A stretch of DNA of 48,855 bases, filler included, from Sphacelaria rigidula (taxonomy: Eukaryota): the NCBI GenBank assembly GCA_964200075.2. It is 3 parts of 3 records of this genome, joined end to end, with 100 filler letters (N's around TTAATTAATTAA, not from the genome) between each part and the next. Parts side by side here need not be neighbours in the genome. Positions count along the whole stretch, not along the records: positions 16,322 to 32,538 come from CAXNAA020001439.1; positions 32,639 to 48,855 come from CAXNAA020001440.1; 1 more part is not named here. The stretch is one strand, 5' to 3'. Below are positions 25,101-35,936 of the stretch, piece after piece. The position numbers were made by a program, and so were the translations under genes. Each line of letters starts with the position of its first letter. The stretch's first letter is position 1. The notes beneath the pieces are model-generated. The model saw only the letters and a program-made list of their open reading frames with translations. It searched no databases and was not told where the DNA came from.

Positions 25101-27187
25101 CGCGGGCGATCTTTGTCCACGTGCGGGATGTGTGGGGGTCTCTCAGCCAAAGGAACAAGGCTTACCGACGCATGCTATTTTTTCTCATAATTTGTTCATA
25201 TTTTGGCTTCATTCGAGCCTTTGAGCATCACTTCCATGATGGAAGTACGTTTCCGAAGTGCTACGAGCAGCAAAGAATATTATTCGCTGAGAGTTTCTGT
25301 TGGAATATTTGCAAACAAGAAAGGTGTTGACACGAATTCCCACTATTGAAAAAACGGAACTTATTATTATTATTATGATTATTATTATTATTATTTCCGC
25401 ACATTACTATTATCGTAAAAATGTAAAAGATGTTCCGGCGCAGCAAGTGCAAGCCGAAGAGACAGCAAGGCATTCGCGGCCACTGGTGAGTTCAGCCATA
25501 GAGCAGCATGTCGAGCAGGCTCCATTACAGCTGTGTACCGATATATTGGGGTCGTTACTGACGAGACTTTTGATTTCACACCTTGTCGACCGACTTCTCT
25601 ATTTTTTTGCTGAAGAACAGTCTAGCACTATATTTATTGTACGAGTAATATGTATTCCGTCTTGATATAGTCTATTTCTAGACCTGGCTCAAAGAGATGC
25701 TCTGCGTACTTGTCACACATTTGTGGTTTGGCGGTGAACTGCGTGTCTTTCTGTGGGCTGCCTAAGGAGGTTCGAAGACCGTCAGGCGGTCGCTCATTGG
25801 TGAAGATCTCGCCTATCCTCACCCTGGCGTGCGAATGCTCGATGACTTAGCAAGTACTGTATTGGAGCATTGTACGGTATGACTGTGTGCTTGGATTGCC
25901 ACTCTGTGGCTCGAGTTGTCGATGGGTAGGGATGTGTTGATGTGTTCACTTGTACTCTCCGAGTCGCCAAAACGCGGCACAATATTCGTTCTGAAAAAGT
26001 TTCACGGCACAGCTTGTTGCGCCGGAACCGTTTCACGAAAAATGATGACTTTTTTGGATCATGACAAGCGACCTCAGAAGATTTTTCTTCACCTCCGTGG
26101 CGAACAAAAGCCATGTTCACAACATTTTTCTCCGCGCCCCCCCCCTCCCCTCCCTGCATCTAGATCATTTTTTTTAAATCTTGAATATAACTAAGCAGTC
26201 TGTCCCCATTTTTTTGGGGGAGTCGGCATAATCTACGGGAAACGCCTTTTTATTGGTGAAACAATACACGTGGCATAGGGTTTTGTGGTGCGGATAGTTG
26301 GTTGTCCTTCAAGCCCCGGGCGGATCAAGATTTTGTAGAATGTACAAAATTTATTGTCGATTTGACTCGAATGCCGTGACTGTCGTACTCCGTTAGCCGT
26401 TGCGCGAAGGCATTTTGAGGCTGCGTAAACGTAGGTAGGAAAGGTTCAAGCACTCCGAGATCCATGATCGGTGGAGCACCATTCTTTGACGTGATCGTTC
26501 GGAACATTGCTGTCTGCCTCATGAGCGTTGATACCGCCAGAACCATGAATTATGACCGCTGCGTGCTCTAGATTGTCGGTCGTCGTCTCGATGAGCCATC
26601 CCGTGATCCACAACGAAAACGCTCCTGAGGTCAGGTCAGGTCAGGTCGGGTAGGGGGGTATCGTAGTACGTTTCACATGGGCCATTTTGAGCGTTCTCGG
26701 GTTTGGCTTATTATTTTGTACCCGCGGCCCATCCGGCAGGACTGCCAGTGTAGGCTTTGGAGGCTTCTGAGACATCCCATGTTAAGTGCCCTCCTGTGTT
26801 AGATGGGACTTTCCCTAGCGTAGTTGAGTAGACTGAGCGTATTTCCTCGCCCCCGTTGTCGAAGTCCTGCTACAATGGCTTTAATAGTGCCTGGTTCCGC
26901 ACACCCCGCCCTTTTTTTTGTGTGGTACTCATACTCCCCATCGCTTGGCGACTCTCTCCTTGCCCCCACCCCCATGCTGTGCGCACGCGATACTGCAGGC
27001 ATCATCATCAGCCACGGAAGAGGGATCAACAAAATCCGCCTCGCTGCACCCGCTCATGGCGAGCAAACGCGGCTGTCGGTCCATTTCGTCTCCGGCATTG
27101 ACGCAATTCGCGCATTACGCAGAACAGTTGCCCAGGATGCAGACCCCGACCTTTAAGCGCAGAAAGAGTGTATCCTCCTTTGTTTAG
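19104..27187 (+). CDS. Uncharacterised stramenopile protein with Myb/SANT-like RKGKWT...CDPMRITKKF domain (putative transcription regulator)
   Basis: Exon 19104-19693 (ATG follows an in-frame stop at 19077) splices via GT-AG to 20641-22009. This rebuilds PVRKGKWTPEEEVYTTRIINDFNKGLLPLAPGTTLRSYLSEKLNC|DPMRITKKFAGASCIGKRVF, followed by a Gly/Ser-rich region and a GGLLIGFF motif. A putative last exon 26999-27187 has a pyrimidine tract plus CAG, is phase 0 and ends KRRKSVSSFV*. A 42-nt micro-exon at 25444-25485 is possible. The first two exons are solid; the 3' structure is tentative. Confidence 0.8.
22871..23382. repeat. Foldback element, ~245-bp arms with ~26-nt loop, in the Myb-like gene intron
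   Basis: The centre is CTCGGATACCGGTCAAGT-loop-ACTTGACCGGTCTCCGAG. Arm pairing continues outward (CTTGCCCAAACTTGTATTTT / AAAATGCAAGTCTGGGCAAG; ACGGCAAACCAGGA / TCTTGTTTGCCGT). Confidence 0.8.
23378..23478. mobile_element. piggyBac-like MITE copy (left end eroded)
   Basis: GCGAGAGTAGGTCA...GAATCGGCATCAATTTCACT...CTACCCTCGCGGTTGAAGAATTAA. Confidence 0.65.
24291..24662. repeat. Foldback element
   Basis: GGACACTTTGCACTATCCGTTTCCTCACTGATGAGAGTCTAG vs CTAGACTCCTATCAGTGAGGTAATGGATGGTGCAAAGTGTCC. Confidence 0.75.
25361..25395. repeat. (ATT)n microsatellite
   Basis: TTATTATTATTATTATGATTATTATTATTATTATT. Confidence 0.9.
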
Positions 27188-30100
27188 ACCAACCCAATCC
27201 CGACGAAGAAATGAAGATACAATAAAAGGACAAGCAAGCCCCGGCGGTACTTGTAGTTTATTTTTGTGTTGCTGAGTCATAGCATTTATTGTCAGCCTTG
27301 TCACGCCTTAGTTTTGTCGTCTACATGGCCGTGTTTATTCCGTGCTCTGCCCCACATACTTTGGGAGAATGAGCAGGCTTTGTAACTCACGCCACGTTTT
27401 TTGACCCAACCCAACGGAAGGAAGACAAGGCGGGCAGAAGAGTGGGGGAGTGTACCGCAGAGACAGTTGGATATTGGTGTGGTTTTCTCTTACCGTACAG
27501 TAAAAGAGATGGTGTGTTGGAATTCAGGGCGGAGGATGGGGGCAGGCGTCACTGACATGTGTCATTTCCCCCAATATGGCAGCTATCCAGCGATTCGGAC
27601 TTCGAGCCGATAGTTGGGGCATGTGCTTTCTCCGGACTTGAGCTGGTGTCGGCCGTGGGGAGGGGGGGAGGGGAGCAGCTGGGGCACTAGTGTGGCGCTG
27701 ACTTTCTGTGCGCAGTTTTTCCCTCGTGAATGGTCAGCAATAGCACATGAAGCGGGAATGCCGTGGAGCTCAAGCGCTCAAAACCAGATACGCCGAGTTT
27801 CTCATGCAGTGGCTGAGTTTCGAGTGGAGCGGCTTCCCCCCTCCACATCATAGCATGTACCAGTAGCCCACGCCTGTAACTTGCTGTGACAGCAGTGATT
27901 TCGATACTGTTGCGGCAGAAGTTGCATGTTGTAAAGGAGACACTGGAGTCGATTCCGGAATCGGGCGCGAAGACGAAAACAAGTCGTGTCTTGGCGATGA
28001 CGTGTGATATGCGGGGCGGGTGACAGCGAAGTTGGACTGACGGTGTGTGTGTGTGTGCAGGGGATGTAGCGCCGAGGTTTATGTGATGGAGAAAATACAA
28101 GCAGCGTGTGACGTGCTCGATCTGCCGCGTAGGTGGCTGAGTTGTTTCGGCGTTGTGGACACACGAGGAGATAGGAAAGGGGTCAGTTCTTTCGTGCATG
28201 CGCTAGGTGTAATGTATTTGTTCCCGTGGTCTTGTTCTGAATATGGCTGAATTTTCTATTATTGTTTATCGAGTGTATGTTTTTTTCTGTGTACGTGATT
28301 TCGTTTCTGTTTCCTCCCTCCCCACCCCCCACCCTGTCCCCTCCTCTCCACGGTGCGCTGGTAGAAGCACGTCGGCGTGATTTCACGTACGTCCTCAACG
28401 ACGTTAGCCGGCAATCGTGGTTGTTGTGAACGCGCAGGAATACCCGCGAAGAATCTGGTAAATGTGGTGAATGTCGTACAGTAACTTCTGACGGAAGTGA
28501 GATATATTTTTTTCCTGCGTGCGCGCGAAAATTTCAGAGGTCGCGTGCTGATGGCAATGGCAGTCAAGACGAAAGGCGCGACTTTTCACTGCGATTGCGA
28601 ACAACGAAAAACGGCGTAGCGCCAGTGCTTGTAGTTGACCGCATGTTCCCCATCTAGTAGAGCACAGTACAAGCCGTGATTTTCCCCCGGGTTGGGTGAC
28701 GTGTGTAGTCCAGTTGCTGCATAAAAGTAGAGGTCATGTCGGAGTGACTGTGTGAGCTCTACTCGGCAATATTGCCACGTTCTAGAGTTGAGGCCCTGTC
28801 AGGAATGACCATGACTGATGTGGTTGTGACGAGCACTTACTGTTACTTCGCGGTAGATTGATTGAATACTTCGAATACACTTTTGTGCTGGGGACATGCA
28901 CTGTTCGTAAGACTGCACGAGCGGGCTCTTCCGCGGATATTAAAAATGAGGGGCTCCTACCCTGCGTTAATGTGTGTCATTTCTGAATATTATTTTCTGT
29001 GAGTTTTATCTTCTTGTTGCCAACTTGTCGTGTTGGCACGTTTTCTTTTCCCTTTAATACAGACAGTTCCCTAACACCTTCACCTTCACCTTGCCATTTC
29101 TCGGGCGAGCTGTGTGTGTTGGTGTGTTTCCGTTGGATTGGGTGTCATCTTCTGGTACTAGCGCCGGCATCACGCGGTTGTCTTTTGGTGCCCGAAACGA
29201 TATCGCGTTTGTTTGATCGAGAAGAGGATATACTGGTACTGTAGCAACGTCGCGTGGTCATTTATTCCGGCGGAGGGTGAAGCTGTGTGCCGTGATTCGT
29301 TGAGCAAAGTGGGAGTATCTCGAGTTGGCTGTGCATCCCTCGTCATGTGCTCGGGGTGGTGGTTGGCAGCGTTTCGCCGCTGTTCAGGAGCGAATTGCGG
29401 TTGGGGTTGACCCGGTGTGGGTACCGGTGTCGGTATCGGCTCACTGCCTTGTCGCGGGTAGCATTCTAATATAGCATATTATAGCATAGTACGATGCGGT
29501 CGGTTGTGTGATATTGTTCATAGGTTGGTGATTGATGGTGAGAGGACGGGAGGAACGGGGGGTACGGCATGGGAGCTGTTGAGAAAAGTAAGCAAGTGTT
29601 GAATTGAAGGCTGAAGTAAAAAGTGTCCCCGAAACAAGGATGACCAAGGGGCAAAAATCTCGAATCTTACTATTATATTATTATCGTAATGTTGTCGATG
29701 GACACATATGTTGAAAATATATGTGCGTGCTCGCTGCCCAAGATGACGGCACTGGAGTACATGAGGCCGAGTATATACACAAGTTCGGCAGTGAACCGAG
29801 TCAGTTAGTTGCAGTGCCGGAAAGCACCAACCGACCCTGGCTCACGACTTACACGGGGTGCTGTTTTGGGTTTTTTCAAGAGGGCAAGTGGACGTTTTGG
29901 ATTAGGGTTGGGCAGGCGGGGAAGCAGGAGAGAGGGGGCATGGGTAAGTATGCAAACGTAGCAAGGTGAACGATCGAAATTATTTCGTCATTTCTTTCTC
30001 ATGTGCTTGTGTGTTGAGCGATGCGTGTTGCTAGGTTGAGGGCTACTACTGCTACTATTACTACTACTATTGTACTGCTGCTGCTCCTTCACTACCATAT

Positions 30101-30549
30101 ATATATACATACATACATGCTTACACGGTTTGCCGAAAATACTCGTCAGGTTCCTCATAGTTTTGTTGTCGTTCATCCGTTTGTATAAATGCCACTGCCA
30201 CTGCCCCTGCCACTGCTACTACTGACACCATATAACAATGTTTTCGTGAGACTGAGAGTAGAGGATGCGATTGAGAGTGGAAAACGGTCGAATAGTGGAT
30301 GAATCGTTTTAGTTCCGAAATTCCCCTTCCCGAGGTCCAATATGCTTTCTGTAGTTGATTGCCACTGAGGCCCTTGATATCCCTGAGTAGTATATGCACG
30401 TGTAGCTGTGAACACACGTCAGTGATGATGGCAAAGAAAAGCACACACGGAAGGCAAGATGGGCGAAGTTAAAGTGAGTGATCAAAGCCACTCTCAATCA
30501 GCACTCTTCTCTCAATTTCACGAAAACGTTGTTCCGATTCCAATTCCAA

Positions 30550-30660
30550 TTTCACAAAGTGAATTTGGTTTCTGCTGCGGGTAAAAGTTTGACGAACAGG
30601 TTTTTCGCGACACGATTTCTGCGACTTGATTTCTGCGGCTCGATTTCAGTGACATTTGTT
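30550..30660. repeat. Dispersed repeat; inverted copy at ~34390-34505
   Basis: TTCACAAAGTGAATTTGGTTTCTGCTGCGGGTAAAA vs TTTTACCCGCAGCAGAAACCAACTTCACTCTGTGAA. Confidence 0.65.
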
Positions 30661-30665
30661 TTGCT

Positions 30666-31121
30666 AGCTAACACGGGATCATACAAATTGAGGATGGGTC
30701 CTTTATATTGGGGATGACAAATCCGGAGAAATAAAATCCTCGTATCTGCACTAAATCTTCGAAATATGGTTCCATTTCTTCACCAACCGATAGCTATTGA
30801 TAACTGCTACACGCCATGAAAATTTGGATATCGATAGCCGAAACGTTGTGGCCCTAGATCAAAAACCATTTTTTGAGGAATTCCGGGTGTTCAAACGGAC
30901 GCCAAAATGGTTCCGAAATTAGTTTTTCACCTGGGACCCCAACATTTCGGTGATCGAGATCCAAATTTCTATGGCGTGTAGCAGTTATCAATAGCTATCA
31001 GTAGCTGAAAAAATGGAACCATATGTCAAAGATTTGGTATGAATACGAAGATTTTCATTCTCCGGGTTTCTCATCCCCAATGAAAGACCCATCCACAATT
31101 TGTAAGATCTCGCCGTTAGCT
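30666..31121. repeat. Foldback element, ~205-bp arms
   Basis: GATAGCTATTGATAACTGCTACACGCCAT vs ATGGCGTGTAGCAGTTATCAATAGCTATC (29-nt perfect match); termini AGCTAAC and GTTAGCT. Confidence 0.85.
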
Positions 31122-31165
31122 TTTTTCACTCTAGAACCCCCATTGATTTCGTTTTTTTCAGGGCT

Positions 31166-31360
31166 CTTCACGTTACATGTTACATCACAAATGTGATGTA
31201 TGAAAAATTATACGTTACGTCACGTCACATTTTTTCACCGGTACGTCACGTGAGCTCACACTTGTGACGTGTATGAAAAGTTAAACGTTATGTCACGTCA
31301 CATGAACGTTTTTTGGAACGTTATTATTGTGACGTGTAACGAATAACATTCGTTACGTCT
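31166..31360. repeat. Cluster of GTTAC/GTCAC pentamers (ACGTCA/TGACGT-rich)
   Basis: CGTTACATGTTACATCAC, ACGTTACGTCACGTCACA, GTACGTCACGTGA, GTGACGTGTA, ACGTTATGTCACGTCACA, GTGACGTGTAACG. Confidence 0.7.
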
Positions 31361-32538
31361 GTCTGTGATGTGTACAACAAGCTGGTTCAGATTAAACGCA
31401 CAAGATTTACACCCCGGGAATTCCCGTACGCAATTCTTTATCAATATGGACAAATTTGGTATCGTAGGAAAGCCCAGGAGAAGATAAAGAGGGTGACATG
31501 GCTAGATTTTCGAGTTCGGCGGTGGGCTTGGCGCTACGGAAGAAAAAGAGTATCAGCCAATCAGAAGCCTTGAAAAATGGCCAGTTCCGCCGCATTTTGG
31601 TAATTTCGCCGCTGTTTGTTCAAACGCGGCGCAGCCGTTAGGTATTGTTTGTTTTTGATCTCAGCAACACACCTGCACACCAGCACAGCGGTACGCAACT
31701 AGAAGCGCGATGGCGACCCCACTACAACCCGTGGATGTCAATACACCAGCTGCCAAGCGTAAAGTGTCAACAATCAAGGTCATGCAGCATGTGCGCACAC
31801 GAAAGTGGAAGCTGCGGTGCATGGTACACACCCGCAAGGGAGCGGCGGGTGTGCGGAAAGAGATCGGGGGATACCAATTGACGTTCCAACGATTTCTCAT
31901 GGCCTGATTCGCAAGTTTGATGCTCTCGGCGCGTGCTGTCTCAAATGATCGCCTGCACCTGGCGGAGGAAACAGGTCACCCTGTTTCGGGACCCCATGAA
32001 ATCGGTCAAAAAGCAACATTCAAAACAAAAAACTCCCTCCTCGGGGGGGTCTAATCAACATTCGTGCAATTTCTCACGACCAAACTCGACGAGATTGTAG
32101 TAGAACTGCTCATGTAAGCCTAAATAACCCGCAAAAACACCCAGAGTATACTGTAATCGAGTAATCAGGGGGGCACGCAGACATTTTCATACTTCAGCGT
32201 ACGTTTTGGAATTTCCTCACGCCGTTTCTTCGAGTTAGATCACCACATTTTGCACACATGTTCTGGACGGCAGTATCGAGTTTTTTTTTTTTGATTTTTT
32301 TTTTGGTGGCCGGTTATTCAGGGTCCTGGCTGGAGTACTTGACCGGGGGGGGATCAGATCCCGGCTATCTCGACAGCGAAGCCCCAAATCAACCCCCCCC
32401 CTCTTCGAGTTTAAAATATTGCCTTCCAGAATGACACTTTCTACGATAGACCCCCCCAAAAAGTGCATGGAACAGCCAATCATCTATGTTGAGGATGGTG
32501 CGTTTGATTGAGGATGAGAACCCGGAGGATTAAAATCT

Positions 32539-32638
32539 NNNNNNNNNNNNNNNNNNNNNNNNNNNNNNNNNNNNNNNNNNNNTTAATTAATTAANNNNNN
32601 NNNNNNNNNNNNNNNNNNNNNNNNNNNNNNNNNNNNNN
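32539..32638. other. Artificial contig linker (N44-TTAATTAATTAA-N44)
   Basis: Exactly 100 nt, with the spacer at 32583-32594; identical design to the first linker. Confidence 0.95.
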
Positions 32639-32871
32639 CCCCCCACAAGGCGGGGGGGGGGCCCGCGGGGTCCTCGCGGGCCCGGGGGGGCCGGCGGGGG
32701 GGGGGGGGGGGGGGGAGGTACATGGGCTCTCGGGGTTTTTTGGGGGGGTACTCTCGGTATGAACCATATATTTCCAATGATGGGACACCATCGGAACGGA
32801 AACAAATGATACCAACCATGAACATGATACCCCCGATTGACTCTGCTTTCCTGGCGTCGGGTTCAGGCGAT

Positions 32872-33560
32872 GTCTTATCAGAAGTAATTATCACTTTTCG
32901 AAAAATCACTTTTGTAAAAAACGACCGATGATTGGTTGCTGCGATACCACCCCCCAAAAAGTGCCAAAAAATCACTTTCGTAACAGTGATTTTGTGACAC
33001 CTCGAACGGGAACATACAACATCCCGTTGACAGGGGCATAACCGAAGGCTTGACAGACAAGTCAACACAATCAAACCTGAACCTGAGGATTGCATCAGCC
33101 TCTCAAACCCAAACACACTGCTCCATTCATTGATGCTCATCAGCTGAGGACGCTGTGCGTGACCTTGTTCAAATCGGGTCAGAATTCAGTGAGAAGTGAT
33201 GATTTGCGTGAGACGTGCGCACAACAGACGCTCAAAAACAGTCAGCAACAGCACGTTTTGGGTTGCTAGTTGACACGCAAGCGGCCGCCTTTCATCTAAT
33301 ACTGGACGGATTATCTATCCGTCTGTTTTCGTGGCTAGGTGTGTCGGCGCTGTGTTACCTCTTTGCGTCTTGTCCGCAGCAGTACAGACATTTTAGACTA
33401 ACGGCCACTTCCAGAACCGCCGCATGTTTTACCTCTGCGCAGACCTGGGCTTCGATCTGAACAAAACTGCCTGTCGATAAGACACAACACTGGTCGTTTT
33501 GGGGGCAATCACTTCTCCACAAGTGACTTTTTGAAAAGTGATCATCACTTCTGATAAGAC
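32872..33560. mobile_element. TIR element with ATCACTTT subterminal repeats
   Basis: GTCTTATCAGAAGTAATTATCACTTTTCGAAAAATCACTT at the left vs AAGTGACTTTTTGAAAAGTGATCATCACTTCTGATAAGAC at the right. Confidence 0.7.
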
Positions 33561-33801
33561 GCTGCCGCCTCAACGTGTCCGTACGCACCCACTTTCGCGC
33601 ACAGGACTGTACACTGGCATGCTCCATCAAATCAAGAGGCCGTCAAGATGCACTACAATAACAGTAGAAGTGCCTCATACCTGTAGAATGCATGATGCCT
33701 ACAAGCGTTCCGCGCACGCGATCGCTGAGGCCGTGCCTTCCCCGTGTGGGATCCATCACACCTCGCGCTTGCGTCACCTGGGGTAACAGTACCGTTGTAG
33801 A

Positions 33802-33897
33802 TGTTTTTGTTGTCTTCAAATTAATAACCGTTGCGATATCTGCGCGGTACATTCGTACTGGGCATCTGATGCGGACGCCTTCCGTGGTCACAGGCTA
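33802..33897 (-). mobile_element. Second copy of the (ACA)n-tailed short retroposon
   Basis: TTGTTGTCTTCAAATTAATAACCGTTGCGATATCTGCGCGGTACATTCGTACTGGGCATCTGATGCGGACGCCTTCCGTGGTCACAGGCTA matches ~47932-48022 with a handful of mismatches. Confidence 0.8.
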
Positions 33898-35936
33898 TCA
33901 AAAAAGCCATAGAGATCAAAATAGACCCAGATTCAAAAACTCCCAAAACGCGATACAAGCAAAACAGGAGTAAATAATACTGAGGAAAGGGACTACACAT
34001 GGCTGACACGAAAGAATACTGTCAATCAACAGGGTATATGAAAGACGGTGCTGTATACAGTTCGTCTCTGTCAGCAACCTTCATTTGTCCTAACATCTCT
34101 CTCACCTAATGTTTCCATAGACACTCTGCAGACGGATCATGGGTGGTTAGCTGGGAATGATATCAGAGGGGGATGACTAGTCTCGGGGGCCAGAACGAAG
34201 TTGGCTCGTTGGAAAATTATACCACACGCTGGGTTCTTCACTCAAATATGTATTCGGAGAGTAATGCTTCGCAGGTATTGGCATACCCTGTGTGTCCAGA
34301 TGCCCCTTGCAGCAGGATGCGTTCGGTGTCCGTTTGACGAAGTCATGCCCAAAAACACGAAATTGAAAAGGGTTCTAGACAGAAATAAAACATTACAAAA
34401 ACTATCGCAAGGATTCCATCGCAAGAACAACGGCGCGATATTGGAGTCGTCAAAAACCTCAGTCGAGTTTTTACCCGCAGCAGAAACCAACTTCACTCTG
34501 TGAAGTCACCCCGTTAGAGTTTCAAGATGACGCAGTCCCCCAGAATGTACTTGGGTGTCCCATCTGCTCGTACAGTCGAAGCATTGGTTACTCGGAAACG
34601 ACCCGTATTTAGTCATGGTGGGATGTGAAGTGATCCAGATTTCAAGTCCTCCCTTTCCCTATTCCGAGATCATGTGTCGTGTGGAAAATCATCTTCACCG
34701 TGATGCCCGACGGCTGTGAGTGCCACATCCCTCACTCACGCAGGACTCGAACCTGGTGAAGGAAATCAGTTCACCTTCGTTTCAAATCTTGCCTCAATTT
34801 GTTGGTTTTAGCTTATGGGACAGTTGTGTGTGACCGTGTTTCAAGCAGTAGGAAGCATGAGAAGTGAAACCCTGGCGAAGTCAGATCAGAATCAGATTTG
34901 CCTCGAGTCAGTCAACGCCAATCTTCTTGTCTCACATCTCAACAAGTCAACGGAGTAACAAGGGGATTTGACTCGACAAGCCCCCCCGAACATCATGATC
35001 ATGCGGTCGGTGGTAATGTTTCAGCCAAGCACGTTACGCGTGATCTTGCTAGTATCTTCAAGCTTCGTGAAACGATTTGATCGCAATGCCCGCATACAAA
35101 CGATAATGGGCGCTCACATCTCCAGCTAGTAGGCTGTTTTGATCCTGTACTGCCGAAAACGTTACATCAGGTATCTACCCGATATTTCCCCCCATCTGAT
35201 GATACCCTCTAGAACAAGCACGATCGAGCACATGAACATACCACGCTGCTCAACATGACGTGTGCGTCTTCAGTACGTCTTGACCCCAAATCGACGCAGT
35301 GCGCTTCACACATGGTGACTTTCGGTCGTCCCTGGCATACGCTTGCGCATTGCTCCTCACGAAAAATGAAAGATGAGGCATCATCCTCGACATTTTCGTC
35401 TGCTCGCATATAATATTTTCATAGGTCGTACCACGATCATGGGGAGTGTGGCGCATCCCCCGACAAACCATGGACAACCTTCTAATTCCCGTTACATGTT
35501 TCCACGCAACAACACAACAGTAACCGAACTATTTACTTTCCTGCTCGATGAAACCTGCGGCAAATCCTGCCCAGACACCAATTCGTTACTCGAAGCAGGA
35601 TCTCTCACGCGACAAAATTCACCACGGGCACAACTACAGCCGACGAGGCGAAGGAGTACATACAGTGGGCTGGACAAAACGGTGAAGCAAGCCGAGTAAC
35701 ATCAAATCAGTCCTCTTGCGACGACGAGGTGATCGCGGCGGCAGCAATTGCATGATTCGGCGCTTCGAAGGCTCCACGGGTGACGCGATTCATCACGAAG
35801 TATATCATCACGCGTCGAAATTTCACCAGACTCGACCCAACCATCGAAAGTCAAGACGTCAAAATCTCCGAAACCCGCCAAGATCATGATACTAAACACA
35901 GCTAGATTGACCAATACCGCAATACAAATAAACAAA

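Noticed and set aside
31710-31907. 65-aa ORF faintly resembling a BED-finger transposase N-terminus
   Set aside because: The Cys/His ligand pattern is incomplete and there is no matching TIR pair or TSD.
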